NCBI RefSeq assembly: GCF_009734345.1
Contig: NZ_CP032551.1
Coordinates: 240,001 to 272,000, forward strand
Reading direction: 5' to 3'
Length of the DNA: 32,000 bases
Origin: Pseudidiomarina andamanensis
Lineage (GTDB): Bacteria > Pseudomonadota > Gammaproteobacteria > Enterobacterales > Alteromonadaceae
This document shows, one piece after another, positions 28,110 to 32,000 of this stretch. Both the position numbers and the translations under genes were made by a program. Under the pieces are notes generated by a model. That model was given only the letters and a program-made list of their open reading frames with translations, did not search any database and was not told the origin of the DNA. Position 1 is the first letter of the stretch; each line of letters opens with the position of its first letter.

Positions 28110-29096
28110 TTAGCGCGCTTGTTTTATTTGTTGACTCAATTGATAAACAGCCATGGCATACAGCGGACTGTGATTATAACGAGTAATGACATAAAAATTG
28201 TTGTACCCCAACCAGTATTCATGGCCTTCAGCTAACTCAAATTCGAAAACTTTGGCTAAGGATTGTTCCATTACAACACTGTGTTCTGGTAATTCTAGAC
28301 CGTTCTGTTTCAGCTCTGCAACTGTTGTGTCCGGCTTTAACCCTTTACTCACCAGCTTTGCATGCGCTTCGGACGCCGCCAATTTAACGGCAACGGGTTC
28401 ATTATTCTGCCAGCCATGTTCGGCGAAGTAGTTTGCGACACTACCAATGGCGTCGACAGGATTTCCCAATAAATCACGAACATTATCACCGTCAAAATCG
28501 ACGGCATAATGGCGATATGATGAGGAAATAAACTGACCGTAGCCCATCGCACCTGCGTAAGAGCCCATCAATTCAAGAGCTGGAAGCGACTCTTCACGTG
28601 TGAGCAACATATACTGTTCAAGTTCTGAACGGAAAAATTTAGCACGTGGTGGGTAGTGAAAGCCAAGTGTATAAAGCGCATCTAGCACGCTATATTTGCC
28701 GCGGTACTCGCCGTAAAACGTTTCAACACCAATAATCGCAACAATGATTTCCGCGGGAACACCAAACTCTTGCTCGGCACGCGCCAATGTCTCTTCGTGC
28801 TGCTGCCAAAATTTCAGGCCAGATTGCAAACGTTTTTCAGTTAAAAAGATTGGATAATACTGGTACCAGGGCTTTGCTTCCCATGGGCGGGCAATGGCTT
28901 CGAGAATTGTCTCGTCACGCTTGGCTTGGTCTAGCAAAGATTCAACTTCAGTGCGCTCAAACGCATGTTTTGTCACCATTTGCTCAACAAACTGCTCGCG
29001 TTGTTGCTGATAATCGGTATCCGCTTGAGCTGTCTGGCATGTCAAACTTACCGTACCGCAAATGCCCAGCATCAGTGCCTTGGTCAAGTTACCCAT
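28110..29096 (-). CDS. mltB: lytic murein transglycosylase B family (MltB/SltB-like)
   Basis: 328 aa with a signal peptide. IIVAIIGVETFYG and GSYAGAMGYGQFISSSYRHYAVDFDGD are typical of MltB/Slt35. Confidence 0.9.
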   Translation of the reverse strand: MGNLTKALMLGICGTVSLTCQTAQADTDYQQQREQFVEQMVTKHAFERTEVESLLDQAKRDETILEAIARPWEAKPWYQYYPIFLTEKRLQSGLKFWQQHEETLARAEQEFGVPAEIIVAIIGVETFYGEYRGKYSVLDALYTLGFHYPPRAKFFRSELEQYMLLTREESLPALELMGSYAGAMGYGQFISSSYRHYAVDFDGDNVRDLLGNPVDAIGSVANYFAEHGWQNNEPVAVKLAASEAHAKLVSKGLKPDTTVAELKQNGLELPEHSVVMEQSLAKVFEFELAEGHEYWLGYNNFYVITRYNHSPLYAMAVYQLSQQIKQAR

Positions 29097-29114
29097 GAGA
29101 ATTTGTTCCTTTTG

Positions 29115-30224
29115 CTAATCGTGCATGACTAAGCGTTTGTTTGTTGCTATGGCCATTAGTAAACCAAACCCAGCTAACAAAGTCACCATTGAGGTGCCTC
29201 CATAACTGATCAGCGGTAAGGGTACACCAACCACCGGCAATAAGCCGGAAACCATGCCAATATTTACAAGAACATAAACAAAAAAAGTAAGTGTTAGGCT
29301 GCCGGCAAGAAGTTTTTGATAAACTTTTTGCGCGCGCATGGCAATAATCATGCCGCGGAAGACGACAAAGCCATAGAGTAACAACAGGCCAATAACGCCA
29401 ACCAGCCCAAATTCTTCGCTAAATACTGAGAAAATGAAGTCTGTATGACGCTCAGGAAGAAATTCGAGTTGTGATTGTGTGCCTTGCAGCCAACCCTTTC
29501 CTTCAACGCCTCCTGAGCCGATAGCAATCTTAGATTGAATAATTTGATAGCCAGCGCCGAGTGGATCACGCTCAGGGTCTAAAAAGGTTAATACTCGCTG
29601 GCGTTGGTAATCGTGCATCAAGAAAAACCACAATACGGGAACAAAGGCCCCTAATGCGGTGGCAAAAAATATAATTAATCGCCAGCTAATACCAGCTAAA
29701 AACAACACAAAAATACCGGAGCTAGCGATGAGAATCGACGTGCCTAAATCGGGTTGCTTCGCAATCATTAATGTCGGCACCATCAGCAACAAAAATGCTG
29801 CTGCCATGCGGCGTTTTGTCGGTGGTATACCGTGTTCAGCCAAAAACCAAGCGATTGTCATGGGAACGGCAAGCTTCATAATTTCTGATGGCTGAATGGT
29901 CACAAAACCGAGATTCAACCAGCGTTGTGCGCCTTTGCTAGACTCACCGAATAGAAGGACGCCAAGCAAGAGCACTACACCAAGTGCGAATAGGGGGAGG
30001 GAAAAGCGTTCAACCGCACCCAGTGGAATTTGCGCAATCACTAACATCGCTGTGAAAGCGAGGCCAATACGAATCACTTGGCGTTCAGTCATGGCTAAAT
30101 CTTGCCCACTGGCAGAATAAACCGTGGCTAAACTTAATACGGCCAAAGTGAGTAGCCCAAGGAATAGGGGGCCGTCAATATGAAAACGCTGCAGCCACTT
30201 ATTGCTTTCATTATTGCTGCGCAT
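29115..30224 (-). CDS. mrdB: peptidoglycan glycosyltransferase RodA (SEDS family)
   Basis: Collinear with E. coli RodA from MRSNNESNKWLQRFHIDGPL (LFLMHDYQRQRV, SQLEFLPERHTDFIFSV, PVVGVPLPLISYGG). The ATG at 30224 overlaps the mrdA stop by 14 nt. I reject the 31 upstream codons in the ORF track. Confidence 0.93.
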   Translation of the reverse strand: MRSNNESNKWLQRFHIDGPLFLGLLTLAVLSLATVYSASGQDLAMTERQVIRIGLAFTAMLVIAQIPLGAVERFSLPLFALGVVLLLGVLLFGESSKGAQRWLNLGFVTIQPSEIMKLAVPMTIAWFLAEHGIPPTKRRMAAAFLLLMVPTLMIAKQPDLGTSILIASSGIFVLFLAGISWRLIIFFATALGAFVPVLWFFLMHDYQRQRVLTFLDPERDPLGAGYQIIQSKIAIGSGGVEGKGWLQGTQSQLEFLPERHTDFIFSVFSEEFGLVGVIGLLLLYGFVVFRGMIIAMRAQKVYQKLLAGSLTLTFFVYVLVNIGMVSGLLPVVGVPLPLISYGGTSMVTLLAGFGLLMAIATNKRLVMHD

Positions 30225-32000
30225 ATCGTTGTTCCTGTTCAAAATAGAAGTCGAGCAACTTTCTCGCCATTGGTGCGGCAACGCTACCACCACCACCGAG
30301 GGTATTCTCAACTGCAATCACAACAACGAGCTCGGGATTATCAGCTGGTGCATAACCAACATACATGGCGTTATCACGGTAGCGCTCGTCAATTTCTTCG
30401 GCGTTATATTCTTCTTCCTGTCCGATACTGCGAACTTGTGCGGTTCCGGTTTTACCGCCACTGGTAAATGTTGCGTCTTTAAACGCGCTGTGTGCCGTGC
30501 CTTTGATTGAGCTGACCGTTAAATTGAGTGCACGCAATACAACATCCCAATTTCGGGGATTTTTCAAGGTAACCGGTTCACGTGTTTCAACAACGGCCGG
30601 AAGCACAACTTCGCCTTCTTGGATAGCGTGTAATAATCTTGGTACCGGTCGCTCTCCACGATTAACAACTACCGCCGTACCGACAGCAAGTTGTATCGGT
30701 GTTGTGGTCCAATAACTCTGACCAATGCCAATTGATACAGTTTCACCAGCGTACCAAGGTTGATTGAAACGGGCGCGCTTCCAGCCTCGTGACGGCATAA
30801 CTGCGGATGATTCTTCAGCGATATCGATTCCGGTTCGAGCGCCGAAGCCATAGCGAACCATGTCGTCATGAATACTATCAATACCTAATTTCAACGCTAA
30901 GTCGTAATAAAACGTATCACAACTCTCAACAATAGCATCGGTAACATTAACCCAACCATGTCCCCAGGCTAGCCAGTCTCGATAGCGGTGGTCGACGCCT
31001 TCAATTTGAAACCAACCTGGGTCCCAAACTTTTGTGGTAGGTGTGATAATGCCTTGTTCGAGACCAAGTACAGCAAGCTGTGGCTTAACCGTTGAAGCAG
31101 GGGGATAACCACCCTGCGTTGAGCGATTCAACAAAGGTGAATGGCGTGAGCTGAGTAAGCTCTGATATTGCGCGTATGAGATTCCTTGGGCAAACCAGTT
31201 AGGGTCATAGCTTGGTTTACTTACCATCGCACGTATAGCGCCATCGCTAGGATCCATTAAAATAATCGAGCCGCGTTCATCCCCAAGAAGGTCATACGCA
31301 AACTGTTGGAGCTCGATATCGAGTTCAAGATGAAGATCTTGTCCTGGAATTGGGGGCTCTACCGAGAGCGTTCGAATATTGCGGCCATGAATATCAACTT
31401 CAACTTGCTGATAGCCGATGGTACCGTGCAACAACTCTTCGTAATAGCGTTCAACGCCAAGTTTTCCGATGACGCGAGTGGCCGCATAATTGGCGTGCTT
31501 ATTCTGTTCGCGCAAGGTGTTTAAGTCATTCCGGTTTATTTTGGCAACATAACCAAGCGCATGCGTAATGGCTTCACCGTATGGGTAATGGCGAACGAGA
31601 CGTGCTTCAATGCTAACACCGGGGAATTCATGCTGACGGACTGCGAACTTCGCCGCCTGTTGCTCCGTTAAACCGTCTAATAAAATAATTTGGTTAAAGC
31701 GTCTTTCACGTCGTCTGTTTTCATGAAATTCTGCAATGGTTTCATCATCAATGGCGAGCAATTGCTGCAATTCGGTTAACGTTTGAGTTAAATCTTGAAC
31801 TTTCTCGGGGGTCACTTCAAGACTCATGACCGGTCGGTTTTCAGCTAATAAACGCCCTCGACGATCATAAATCAAACCACGATTGGGCGCTAACGGCACA
31901 ACCTTAATTCGATTATCATTTGAGCGAGTTTGAAAGCTTTGGTGGTCAACGACCTGCAAGTGATACATGTTGGTAAACAACACGCCGAAAGCGAGTACAA
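30211..32000 (-). CDS. mrdA: penicillin-binding protein 2 (elongasome transpeptidase), N-terminus beyond window edge
   Basis: The frame is open to base 32000. TRSNDNRIKVVPLAPNRGLIYDRRG, the STVKP active-site SxxK, and KTGTAQV match E. coli PBP2. Confidence 0.94.
   Translation of the reverse strand, partial: VLAFGVLFTNMYHLQVVDHQSFQTRSNDNRIKVVPLAPNRGLIYDRRGRLLAENRPVMSLEVTPEKVQDLTQTLTELQQLLAIDDETIAEFHENRRRERRFNQIILLDGLTEQQAAKFAVRQHEFPGVSIEARLVRHYPYGEAITHALGYVAKINRNDLNTLREQNKHANYAATRVIGKLGVERYYEELLHGTIGYQQVEVDIHGRNIRTLSVEPPIPGQDLHLELDIELQQFAYDLLGDERGSIILMDPSDGAIRAMVSKPSYDPNWFAQGISYAQYQSLLSSRHSPLLNRSTQGGYPPASTVKPQLAVLGLEQGIITPTTKVWDPGWFQIEGVDHRYRDWLAWGHGWVNVTDAIVESCDTFYYDLALKLGIDSIHDDMVRYGFGARTGIDIAEESSAVMPSRGWKRARFNQPWYAGETVSIGIGQSYWTTTPIQLAVGTAVVVNRGERPVPRLLHAIQEGEVVLPAVVETREPVTLKNPRNWDVVLRALNLTVSSIKGTAHSAFKDATFTSGGKTGTAQVRSIGQEEEYNAEEIDERYRDNAMYVGYAPADNPELVVVIAVENTLGGGGSVAAPMARKLLDFYFEQEQRYAQQ

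Noticed and set aside
30225-30317. 31-codon N-terminal extension of rodA in the ORF track. The same applies to nusA 12710-12730, lipA 24215-24253 and lipB 24864-24878.
   Set aside because: Alignment from memory with the E. coli orthologues places the starts at the internal ATGs. The extensions overlap upstream genes and add non-conserved residues.

Overview
This window looks like a gammaproteobacterial chromosome segment made almost entirely of conserved housekeeping genes, arranged in two syntenic blocks. I could not run any homology search, so all protein calls rest on my recall of E. coli orthologue sequences and family motifs.

Block 1 is on the + strand (1-22029): carA(partial)-carB-greA, then yhbY(-), rlmE-ftsH-folP-glmM-tpiA-secG-tRNA-Leu(GAG)-tRNA-fMet-rimP-nusA-infB-rbfA-truB-rpsO-pnp-nlpI. 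The carAB-greA linkage resembles the Pseudomonas/Alteromonadales gene order more than the E. coli one.

Block 2 is on the - strand (23249-32000): mrdA(partial)-rodA-mltB-rlpA-dacA-dat-ybeD-lipB-lipA, followed by a MAPEG gene.

I see no CRISPR array, transposase, integrase, restriction/defence gene or rRNA, and no convincing multi-gene novel system.

The non-core content is small:
- An orphan, divergently transcribed CI-like/Ner-like repressor pair with a structured operator region, wedged between greA and yhbY (4539-5441).
- A secreted HExxH (M64-like motif) protein immediately downstream of nlpI (22040-22870), at the junction of the two blocks. It overlaps the MAPEG gene convergently.
- A dat (D-amino-acid aminotransferase) gene embedded in the cell-wall cluster.

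RNA-level observations worth a second look:
- A canonical terminator-like hairpin inside the truB coding sequence.
- A 32-bp pnp-leader hairpin built from inverted arrays of 7-nt tandem repeats.
- A hairpin/pseudoknot candidate in the rpsO leader.
- Stacked attenuator hairpins between tRNA-fMet and rimP.
- A sigma32-like promoter upstream of rlmE-ftsH.

Most antisense ORFs in the supplied track are judged spurious.
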